A stretch of 64,000 nt of DNA, taken from Candidatus Omnitrophota bacterium (GTDB taxonomy: Bacteria > Omnitrophota > Gorgyraeia > 1-14-0-20-64-10). Positions within the stretch are counted from its first letter, which is position 1, and every line of letters begins with the position of its first letter. The translations under genes and the position numbers were made by a program. A model generated the notes under the pieces. That model was not told the DNA's origin, ran no database searches, and saw only the letters and a list, made by a program, of their open reading frames with translations. Below, one piece after another: positions 37,401 through 46,900 of the stretch. The stretch spans positions 14,434-78,433 of the forward strand of contig JACOVG010000021.1 in NCBI GenBank assembly GCA_016177405.1, given 5' to 3'.

Positions 37401-40400
37401 TTGCCGACGACGGCCACAGGCCCTTCATAATCCGCCACGCGGGCCACGTGGCGGCTGGCCGACGACCGCTCCTCCAGGCCGGCACCGAGCGGAGCCGAGG
37501 GGCCGGCACCGCCGGAAACGGTGCCGGTTTCGTAGCCGGCGAGCGCGGCGACAAGCGGCCGGCCTATCTGCCCGCGCTGTTTCGAACCCAAATCGGCGGC
37601 GGCTTTTAAGATGGGATGCGTTCCAAACAGCTCCTGCTGGGTGTCGGCCGACCCGCCCCAGAGACTGCCGGAAACGGCGCCCGCCTCAAGTAGGAGCCGG
37701 GCCATCTCCCGCGCCGTCACATGGGCCGTCACCCAAAGGAGGATGATCTGGCCGTCGTCTCTTACCCCGATGGCCGACATCGCCCCGGCCCTTTCCCGCG
37801 GGTTCCAAACCAATTCGTTGGGCCGCACCTTAAGAGGGATCCCGTCTTCGCGAACGCTCCAACGAAGCTGTCCCGAGACGTCCTTCCCGTCGAGGACAAG
37901 CGGCATGCCGGAGACGGCATGGAGAATCTCGGAAGGCCGCGCTTCCCGCGCCACCGCCCTTCCCCCCTCAATCTGGGCGTCCACCAGCTCTTCGATGCCG
38001 GGCGAATCTCCCCGGTTGGAACCGAACCGCAAGGCCGCCATCCGGGGCGGGCCCGGCTCCAGGACAAAGGCCCAGAAGGAGTCGTCGTATCCCCTCTCGC
38101 GCAGCGTTTGGACATCCAAGGGGTATTTTTCCCAAGCCCAGTGAGGCCGGATCACCCGGCCGAGCGCCACCAGGAAGCCGTAGGGCTCCTTGAGATTATG
38201 CTGGCCGCTGTTGGAGAGATAAACCCTTTGGGCCCCCGGCGGCAGACCCTCGGGAGGCGCCTTCGCTTTCTCCTGCCAGGCCTCAAGCGTGAGCCCGGCC
38301 CTCCTGAACCTCTCCAGAAGCGCCGGGTCAACCGGCCCGGTCTGGAACTCCGGAAAAGCTTCTCCTTCCACCTCCGGATCCCAGGCGGACACGAGCTTCA
38401 ATCTGGAAAGATCCGGCAGAACCACCCGCCCAGCCGGCTCCCCCTTCCCATCGAGGACCGGCCGGACAACCCCGATCGGCCCCCCCAGAGCCCCCTGCCA
38501 CGCCTCCTCCTTCCCCAGCCGCAGCTCCTCCAACCCCGCGTCGGGTTTGAGAAGCTCCGCGCTTTGCTCTCCTGTAATCCTGATGAGCAAGAACCCCGTT
38601 TTCTCAACAAAGGCCTTATCGGCAAGCAACTCCTTGATGAGAACGGTGGTGAGGAAGGTTTTATCCCTTTTGAGCCGGCCTTGGAACGCTTCCCAGGCCT
38701 TTCGGTCCTTCACAATGACCACCAGGGTATGGTCCTTGCGAAATCGGCGGTGGTCGGCGCGCCAATTGCTTAAGGCAGCTTGGCCCCGCTGGATCTGGCC
38801 AACAGATTCGGCCGTAGGCTGGATGTACCAAACTCCCTCCTCGCCTTGGAGGTCATCTTCCACCCAGCTTGTCGCGAGGGCGCCGTCAGGAACTCCGTCC
38901 AGCGTCAGGTTGAGCCGCTCACCGTTAAGCCGAACCTCTTTCACCGAAACCCCGGGACTGCCGCCCTCCTTGGCTTGCGCTGAAGCCGTCCATCGCGGCG
39001 CCTGGCCGGCCACCTTCATCTCCCGATCTGGCAAGACGTTGAGGTAGTCGTCGGCCGGCAGCCCCTCCTGAAGGAGATCGTCCAGCACAATCCCCTGGTG
39101 ACCATTGGAGGCGACGGCCAGCATGGTGTTGAAGAAACCTCGGATGTCCAGGGTGGCGTAAGGAGCCCCGCCGTAGATCTCGGCGAGGCGCAGCATGGAA
39201 CGGATCAGCTTTTGGGCCAGGGCGTAGGCCCACTCTCTTTTTTCAAGGTCGGCCGCGTAATAGCCAAACTGAACCAAGCGGAAGATGATGCTCCAGGTGA
39301 TCTCCGGCTGAAGCATCCTGTCGTAATTCTCGTTGGGTGGAACATGGGGATCCTTAAAATTCGGGTCAAAGAAGATGACGCCTGTAAACTCCTCCTTGGG
39401 ATCAACCCCTTGGGGAAGGTGGCTGAACCCTTGGGCCTTCAGGGTTCTCAAGAAATGCCGCTCAACATTTTTGAGTTCGTTCTCGGCCATCTCCGGGTCG
39501 TAGGCGCCCTGGGGGGACCAAACCTCGTTGTCGGCAGCCCAGGAAAGGTTGAGCGTTCCATCCGGATCCATGCCGGTCGCCCAACGCCTCTTACCGGGCA
39601 GCCCCTGGATGATCTGCGCCACCCTCTCATGTTCCTGCCGAACACCCTTCTCCAGATTGCCTCCGGCTTCCAACTCCAGGCGCCTTAACTGGGCCTTCAC
39701 CTTTTCCGGCGTAAGAAGCAATCTCTTGCTTTCCTTCATCGCCAGCTCATGCCTGGAGGCAATCTCTCTAAGAAACGGCGATTGGAAATCTGCGGTTTGG
39801 TTGGCCCGGTAGGCCAGCCGGAGGGCATCGATGTAATCCCAGTTGTGCTCGGTGGTGATCTCTTCCCGCTGGAGATTGGATTTCTCAAAATCGGACTCGT
39901 TGCCGGTTCCAAAGCCGGCCCGAAACAGGCCGTAGCGGGGATCGGCCGGATCCGTCACCTGCTGGGCGAAGGCCGTCTCCGCCAACTTCGTGTTGATCCC
40001 ATTCAGGAACTTCGGATCTTTCGTTTCCAAGGCCAGGAGGTAGAGCCCCTTAAAAACCCAGGCGGTTCCGCCGCTCATGGCCCGGGCATCGGTGAAGGTG
40101 GTCCCGTAAGAGAAGCGCCAGCCCCCCTTTTGCCCCTTGGCCTCCATCTGTCGGGCGATGTCGATCATCCGACCGGCCAGCCACTGGGCCTCTTCCATCT
40201 CTCCCCGGCCCACCAGGTATTTGAGCGTCACCCCCATGTCGTAGGCCCAGAAGCGCTCCACCCCCAGATATCGATCAAAGGGATGCCGGGGATCCGACTG
40301 GTAGCTTTGGTATCCTTGGACTCGAAAACCCTCCGGGGCCTTGACAGGACCTTCCATCTTCTGGGCGGTAAAGAAATCTCTGGTCTTCTGCCTCCAGAGG

Positions 40401-40936
40401 GTCATCCGCTTGACCAGCCCGGCATCCAGGTTTTCGATGAAGCGCCGCGTGGGAGGTTGGGCCGGCCCAGGAGAGGGGGCCTCTTGCCCCAAGATGGGCC
40501 TGGGTAACCCAAGGAAGGCCGCGCCGGCCCAAAAGAGGGCGCGCCTGCCAAATTCCCTTCGATCCATCCAGCCGGCGGGCGTTGGCTGGCCGGAACGGAG
40601 GGCCTCTTCAAGCCCCACAGCCACGGGATTGCGAAGTCGGTCGTCCGCGGGCTGGATCTGCTTTAAAGAGCCGGCGAAGTCTGAAACCTCGTCCGAGATG
40701 ACGGATGGCAGGCCGGCCTTTTGGGCCTCCAGTTCCTGAAGGGCCTTCTCCTCCAGCTCAACGTTCCACCCCTTGGACCAGGAGTGGCTGGAAATACCCC
40801 CTGCTGTTTGCTTCTTTTCCGCGGCGGAGGGCGGGGAATCCTCCCCGTCAGCCGCCCTCGCGGGAAGAGGCAGAGAGGTCCACTCAAAGGTGAGCGCCAG
40901 AAGAAGCGCCAGGAGACGGCGGGATCTGCTTCGCAT
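34451..40936 (-). CDS. Giant GLEE-punctuated protein (six-hairpin glycosidase-like, NAGPA-like, ROK-like, polyA-polymerase/CCA-like nucleotidyltransferase)
   Basis: Signal peptide ..PARA; W.YD/TEHNWD; SAIG..WGGS; SVPG.VD/IGNGI; GGSV..DLDLV..LDPYG; 3 GLEE + terminal GLED. Confidence 0.85.
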   Translation of the reverse strand: MRSRSRRLLALLLALTFEWTSLPLPARAADGEDSPPSAAEKKQTAGGISSHSWSKGWNVELEEKALQELEAQKAGLPSVISDEVSDFAGSLKQIQPADDRLRNPVAVGLEEALRSGQPTPAGWMDRREFGRRALFWAGAAFLGLPRPILGQEAPSPGPAQPPTRRFIENLDAGLVKRMTLWRQKTRDFFTAQKMEGPVKAPEGFRVQGYQSYQSDPRHPFDRYLGVERFWAYDMGVTLKYLVGRGEMEEAQWLAGRMIDIARQMEAKGQKGGWRFSYGTTFTDARAMSGGTAWVFKGLYLLALETKDPKFLNGINTKLAETAFAQQVTDPADPRYGLFRAGFGTGNESDFEKSNLQREEITTEHNWDYIDALRLAYRANQTADFQSPFLREIASRHELAMKESKRLLLTPEKVKAQLRRLELEAGGNLEKGVRQEHERVAQIIQGLPGKRRWATGMDPDGTLNLSWAADNEVWSPQGAYDPEMAENELKNVERHFLRTLKAQGFSHLPQGVDPKEEFTGVIFFDPNFKDPHVPPNENYDRMLQPEITWSIIFRLVQFGYYAADLEKREWAYALAQKLIRSMLRLAEIYGGAPYATLDIRGFFNTMLAVASNGHQGIVLDDLLQEGLPADDYLNVLPDREMKVAGQAPRWTASAQAKEGGSPGVSVKEVRLNGERLNLTLDGVPDGALATSWVEDDLQGEEGVWYIQPTAESVGQIQRGQAALSNWRADHRRFRKDHTLVVIVKDRKAWEAFQGRLKRDKTFLTTVLIKELLADKAFVEKTGFLLIRITGEQSAELLKPDAGLEELRLGKEEAWQGALGGPIGVVRPVLDGKGEPAGRVVLPDLSRLKLVSAWDPEVEGEAFPEFQTGPVDPALLERFRRAGLTLEAWQEKAKAPPEGLPPGAQRVYLSNSGQHNLKEPYGFLVALGRVIRPHWAWEKYPLDVQTLRERGYDDSFWAFVLEPGPPRMAALRFGSNRGDSPGIEELVDAQIEGGRAVAREARPSEILHAVSGMPLVLDGKDVSGQLRWSVREDGIPLKVRPNELVWNPRERAGAMSAIGVRDDGQIILLWVTAHVTAREMARLLLEAGAVSGSLWGGSADTQQELFGTHPILKAAADLGSKQRGQIGRPLVAALAGYETGTVSGGAGPSAPLGAGLEERSSASRHVARVADYEGPVAVVGKMGVGEDQAIVFRAGIPQGFWGPAEHERIFLKPDRSDAPGEIVERLVQAIRRVVERYGPDRVMYVYFSVPGFVDSDGALVERISWLPVFPKGFSFKEEVQKRLDQLYEGKRDPSLGRLEVDVVSNARAGARGEVGLRGTCPGVDNLLFVHIGNGIAAQMVVNGKSFQGEPEILYHSEAPHHLIFTGNPGSPDYRYVARETKGFHPTLAPGEQDLEDRVSIARILARARELLKADQLTLGGLVAAANRPEKERGENPAKTAIWESGRELGIALAVWLMETRSIFRERFEWPDYVVLGSTRPGLSELMIPSVQSGFSERLERYRGQGAGVPLDLNRNTLANSFVSSTVGDEADRVMLGGLPSPNQVDLYESRLRRLPPRGIEADASLARLEESLQERRVFHLDVPDEVKSDPALSRQISSLLSKIGTVDLEALQRGEPFPPLKGVWGLELRWLGSGRMELVASPAGSGAPFEGYRRFVQETIRPTARAAKAAVLELSGSGVHYLSAEGGSLNLLREVWLPEGLWLFLRDRQMRLVLKGVDQWDDAAWDDLAWLLDPRTLRLNVPPVMDPEIRGYSLPVWMLQGPGGPLAPLIGYPTEFRQDPQGWLAISQFVVRSRLFHQAVVPLADGLYEMDLRRFAYHPAKRFLQMLHQNGLFRIGLHGGSVLSLLAEGGRAERAFKDLDLVLVAEKEEAWEVQEEINLLPEAKSPEEAWRLERLAPKIKGLCQVLGVSDPRALFPGLAQDAGLKQPTFGRGSEEKIVELWGGLLDPAGLRITEHAAGKGDPYQGKLMLAAEMMVLLPHPADPQKAILLDPYGALRSLEEKRPLILGTSSATLRESKPWGYLFRIIRRMVIERMEFDPENRPEERASWREIRILVENLTDWGEGIPEGEEKQKTRAELEEWLRRLFAATYPFSFRAVGFLNELHVRGFLDIFGIDPQIVSLEVEKGLQAAAARIDLERRLPSAGQEPSVESGLEDSAAVSTQL

Positions 40937-40940
40937 TCCC

Positions 40941-43900
40941 TTAGGCAAGACTTTCCAGGTAGGTTTGAACTTCCTCCAGGCCGACCGCGATCCCGGAGAG
41001 GTTGTAGATCACGACTCCATGCCCCTCAAGAAATCTCAACAGCGCCTCGATATCCGCGACAACGGGCACGGTCTGAAGAATCACCCCGGGCAGCCCCGCG
41101 GGAAGATGCCGATTGAAATGCTCGGCCAGGGCCTGCTCGGCCAACGCCCTGTTCCCCCTGTGCCATTCCAGGGCCTCAACGGCATAGCGGGTGCTGGGAG
41201 TGCCGCTGGCTTCAAACAGCTCCTCAAGTGCCGCGGCTTCTTCGGCGGTCTTGGTCAGCACCGCCACCGGCGCGAGCTGGGCGATGAAGGGAGCCAGCCG
41301 CCAGCTCTGCGGGTTATCAAAAAGAAAGATTTTCGCTCTGGGACCTTCATTCACAACGCTAAAACCAAAGATTCCGTCGGAATCGAGAACGCCCAAGGCA
41401 GCCCTCTCCAGCGCGGTGAGCTGTCCCAGGCGCTTGGACAGCTCTTCCAATCCCGCCTCCCCTTTGCGTGAGGTTTCTTCCAGCTCTCGGGCCTTCTGCT
41501 TTAACTGGCCAACCAAAGCCCAGAGCTCCCCATTTTCCTTCTCCAACCCCCCAACCTTCTTTTTCAAATCTATCTTTTCGCCCTCCCAATCCCCGAGATC
41601 CGCCCACCTCTTCACTTGATGGTTAAACGCTTCTTCGAAGGCCGCTTGCGCTTCTAGATGCCCTCTCACATCGCTCTGGAGCTCTCCTATCTGGGTCTTG
41701 AGGGCGGCGGCCTCCTCCTGGTGGGCTCGCTGCCTCTTTCGAATCTCTTCCTTAATAGCCCTCCGGACTCCGGCAAGCTGGCCCTCCAGTTTGGCCACCT
41801 GCTCTTGATGCGCGTTACCCTCTTCTCGAGCTTCGTTCTGCAATTTCAAGACTTCTCTTTCCAGCTCTTCTTGAGCTTCCTTCGCTGAAAGCAACAGGCC
41901 CTCGCGCGCCTCCAGCGCCTCAACCAGCTCCGCGAATTCTACCTGCCACTCTCGCGTAGTCTCATCGGCTTGCCGGAGGGCTTCCTCACGGGCACGGGCA
42001 GCCTGCACAGCCCGCTCCATCTGCTCCCTTAATTCCTGCAATTCGGGCGCCCGGTCCACCGGCGCTGCCTCGGGCGCCGCAGTAACAGGCTCCACCTTCG
42101 GCGGAACCGGGCCCTCCCCTGGCAACAGAGCGGGCCATATCCCGGCTTCCTTGAGCTTGGCTTCAAGAAGAGATCTCTTCTCCTCATCCGGCTTCTCCGC
42201 CCAGCCTGCCGCCTGGTCCGCACGCAGATCTTTCAGAAGCCCGAAGGCCTGTTGACGCCTCTGGGGGTCATCGAGAAGATCTTGTGGAACGCCCCAGCGG
42301 CCAAGGGTCCACTTCTCCAAAACTTCTGAACCCTCCTCCAGCCCGGCACCAGACGCGGATCTCCGAATCTCATCCAGGACCTGGCGCATGGCGGGTATCT
42401 TATTCAGCTCATCCACCAAGTCCAGAAAGTTTGCAAAGAACGCTTTCGGATCGCTCTTTAACGCCTGCAAGATCTGATCCTTAGAAGGCAAGCCCGGATT
42501 CGCGTGAACCGCCGCCTCCAGGGCCTGCTCTAAGGTCACCGTTGAATGGACAGCGCCGGCAGGAGCGGCGCCGCGCGTGTCGGCAATGGCGTAGGCCAAG
42601 CCCTGCCAGGGGTCTATCGGCGTGAGGGGCTTGTTTTTTTGCAGCTCCGGGACAGTATGGTCTCTAAAACGAGCCACCACAGGCGCCACTTCGGTGTCCC
42701 ACGCCTCCAGGGCTTCCTTCAGCCGGACCATCCGCCGCAAGAGCTGTTGGGTTAAATGGAGTCTCAAAACGGGTTTGACCCCCGTGGCAACCTGCGCAGC
42801 CAATTGTTGGCGCTGGGCTCGATCCCTTTGGCTATCCCCCAGCTTCTCGATGGGTCCGTACTTTCCACCCATGAAGTCGTTCATGCTCTTATTGCCTGTG
42901 GAAGCTCGGAGCTGGGTGTTGACCCCGTCCAGATGTGTCCTTAGTTGATCTGCGGTCATTCCGATCAACTGATCAAAAGTCCCGCTCCCTTGGGCTGGCG
43001 GACCCAGAGATGGACCCATGGCCATGGGACGGGACAGCAGGCGAGCTGTTTCTCGCAGATCCTTTTCCAGCGCCTTGCGCCCCTCCGGGAGGAAATCCGG
43101 CTCCATCAGCAGGGCGTAGTTGCCCTCGGCGTTCGAGTCTCCCGGCTTCTCGTTGACCCATTCGAAGTTCAGATGGCTCAACGTCCAGCCGCTTAAGACG
43201 TTGGAGAGGTTGGAGACCCCGTGCGCCAGGGCGGGCCAGCGCATCTGGAGCGTGTCGAAGGCCTTCAGCCCCCAGAGGTTCTCCTGCAAATGGTAGGGGG
43301 TGCTCAAGAAGCTGTCTTTATAGCGGTTCCCCGCGTTATCGGAAATCACCGAGGCATCTCGGTCTACCGTCAGGGTGACCGCCTGGGCAGCCGGCCCTTG
43401 CCCTATCAGGACCGAAAACTTACTTCGACCGGGAACTTCAGCGACCCGCGCAATTCCTGTGACGGTTACCTCGTGCCTGTAACCGTCCAAGGTGACCAAG
43501 ACCCCCTCATGCGCCGACTGGTCGCCTGTAAAGATCGGCAGGTTGAACATCCGCTGGTTGGCGTCTCTCAAGGCCTCACCCAGGCCAAACTCCGCCGCGC
43601 GAGAAAGGGCCGAATCCAACTGTTTGAGTTCGGCCGAAAGGTGCTGCATCTCCTGCTGGAAGATGGCCGCCGCCGGAGGAAGCGGGCCGCCGGGTGGGTT
43701 GGCCCCCCGCCGCCTGCGGAACCTTTGCCCTGTGACGAGCTCGTACCATATCTCCAGCGGGCCTCCTGTTATTCCCCGGAACTCCTCGACCCCCTCGTAG
43801 CCGCCCAGGGTATCCTCGGCCTTCAGGAGCTGTTCCAGGATGGCGTAAGCACGCCGCCAGGCCAGCACATTGAAGGCCGAGATCGGCGCCAGGTCAGGCG

Positions 43901-46900
43901 GAACCTCAAGTATCCGGATGGCCTGCAGGATGGTAAGGGGCGGCGCATCCGGCGGAATGACTCCGCCTCTCCACCACAAGGGAACCTTGGTGAAATAGCC
44001 CGTGCCTTCCGCCAAGGGAAGACCCAGCTTGAGCTGCCAGGTGGAAGAGTCCCAGAATCCGGCGAACTGGTTGGGCGTTCTGCCGAAGAGCCGCGCCAAG
44101 ATCCGGATGTCCCGGCTGTAAGGAGGCCCAGAGGCGCGCAGAAGCCGGAAGAGCCCCGCGATCACCGCGCCCAGCCCCACCGAGATGGTAAGCGCGAACC
44201 CAAGACCCAGCGCCGGGAAACCGAAGGGAATGAGGACGAAACCGATGAAGGCCGCGAGCCAACCCATCAAGATCGGCTGGCGGCTTCCGGTCATCCAGAG
44301 GGAAGGCAGGAAAAGGTTTGCCTTGGCGGCGATCAGCCCGGAGACGATGCCAAAGAGAATCGAACCCGCCAGCCAAAAGCTGGGAGCCAGGAAAAGAATG
44401 CCCAAAGACGCCGCGAGGCCGGCGTAACCCGCAAAAACTCGCCGGGGAGTTCGGGAAAGGGGGTCGGCGGCAGCCAAAAGATAGACCAAGGCACCCACCA
44501 TGCCAACGCCGACAGAAGCGGCCAGGATGAGCCCCATGGCTCCCAAAACCCCGCCAAGGGCAGGCAGGGTCGGCCAAATGGCCGGGGCAAGCCCAAGAAA
44601 TTTCGCCAGCCCCAGAAGGGTAACTCCGGAAAGCACCCCTACCGCCAAGCCCCTGGGGGCCCGGCGATAGCCAGAGAACAATCCACCACCGGAGGCCGGG
44701 GGCCAAGCGGTAAGGAAAGCCGTGGCGACACCGGCTATGGCGCCTGCCGCCAGGCCTCCGCCGGCTCCAAGGAAAAGCGCCGCCAGACCTCCAACCATCA
44801 GTCCTGTCAGAGCCCCGGTGACGGCCCTGTGGCCCGGGTCCCGAACGTCGTAGAGGTGCAGACGGCCCTGTCTGAATTCGTCAGAGAAATGCTGGGTATC
44901 CGGCATGGCCGCCTGCGCTTGAGGAACGGTTTGGCCGGTCTCCTGCGCCCACTGCCGGACAAAGTTGGTGTCGCCCACTCGATGGTGGAGCCCCGCTAGA
45001 ATGTCTCCCCACCGCGCCCCGGTGTTGGCCCGCGTGTCTCTTAGCATCGCCATGAGGGTCCCGGAATCCTGGTGAAGGGGGGAGAGAGATCGCAGATAGA
45101 GCTCGAAGGGAATCTCGGGCTCTCCTTTTTGGTGCCTTTGATTCATCTCGTCCGCGTATTCATTGACCACAATTTCGCCCAGACCGCCCGCGCTTAATCC
45201 CAGCAGTTCATCAATAACCCCGCCCAGAGTCACCGGCTCGGGCTCCCGCCCGTAGCGCTTGACCCTGAACCCCCATGCCTTGGGGCGTTCCACGGCGATC
45301 TGGAGCAGCCGGAAATAGGGCCAGGCCGGATCGGCCGTATCGGTGCCGTGGGTCAACTCGAGTTGCGAAGAAATCTCTTCGCTGACATGGGTGTGCAGGA
45401 AGACATTGGCGAAGGGGTGGTGCTTCAATCCCACCAGAAGGCCGCGGGCCGCCTGTTCGGCCGCGGTGATGGCTTGTGGATTGCCTCGGATATTCGCTCG
45501 AGTCAAGCCGGCCGGAACCGGTTCCTTGGCCTCGTCGGCCTCCCTGGTGTTCAGGGCCTTGCCCTGGCCCTGCAATCTGAAGAAGGAAGCGGCAGTCACC
45601 GCCTCTCGAAGGATTGCCCGAACCACCCTCGTCCCCCACCAGCGCGAGAGGCGGTCCTCGGCCGGCAATTGAGAGGAGGAGGTGTCATGCCCTCTCCTGT
45701 TCTCCGGCGAGTCGGCCAGAAGCTCCAGATGGAGGGCGGCGCGGTCGCCGGCCATCCCCCGGTAAGACTCGAGCGTAACGTCCAAGTGCCTCTTGACGCT
45801 GACGTGGGTCTCTCCTGGAAACTCATACTGCTCCTCGTTGGGACCGGGCCAGGCCAACCGGAGAGGCTCCTCAAGCCCTGTTCTGTGGAGGGCGAGGCGG
45901 CCGCTGTCCATGTACTGCCAGCCCCGCAGAGCGGCCAGCTTCATCCCCTTGCTCAAGCTCTCCGGATCGTCCCGCATGATAAACCGGTAGTCGGTTCGCG
46001 ACGGCAAGAGCTGAACGACCGTCCTTAGCCCATCCCCTTGAACTTTCTCGCCCTTTTCATTTACATGGTAAGTGTCCACCTTGTAAGGAAGGGAAAGACC
46101 TGGGGTAGACCACCCTTCCAAGTAGGTGATAAAGCGCCCGTCCGACCCCGCAAAACCCGGAGAGACATCGGTGTTGAGCTGGCGAATCAATCCTCCATCT
46201 CGCGCGGGATCCACGGGCCGAATCCCGATGATGGGCGGGCTCTGCCCCATGCCGGTCCACTTCTCGAGGTAAGGGTCCTCCATGAGCCGCCAGAGTCCGG
46301 AGGCGACCGCGTTCCTCTCCGTGCTTAGCATGAGCCGCTCGGCCAAATCGGTAAACTCCTCTGTCTTGTAAAACTTCTCGTGGACCAGCTCGGCCAGCGG
46401 AAACATGAGGCGATACCCCGCCCACTCCCGCAGCTTGGTGAGGATATCCCCTGTGTACCAGCGCCCTTTCTGGTCCAAGGCGTTGACCCATTCTGTCTCC
46501 GGCTCGGAAAGGGTCATGACCGCTCCGGAGGAGTCGCGCACCAGGAAGAGAACGTCGGTCAAGCCGTGGAGTTTGGAGGGAAGGGTGTCCAGAATCGTTC
46601 GAAGAAATTTCTTTTTGAATGGCTCCTTTTCCTCCGCCTTTGGCTTATTGAGGATCCCGGTGAGCCGGGATTCTGCGGACTCATGATTAAAAACGGTCCA
46701 ATGGCCGCTTCTCATCCAAAAGCTCAGCAATTCCTTGGCGATGCTGTTGGCGGGGTTGGCTGGATCCAAGAGGGCTCTTTGTAAATCGCTCGCCCTAACA
46801 TTTGGAGCATAGGCTTTGGCTTGAGGACTTAAGGTGTCAGAAATTCTTCTGTCTTCCGTCAGCCACGTTAAAAATCTTTTCGCATATTCATGATCTGGAT

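Noticed and set aside
41454-42100. SMC/chromosome-segregation protein similarity
   Set aside because: Generic E/K/Q-rich coiled coil with no ATPase motifs.
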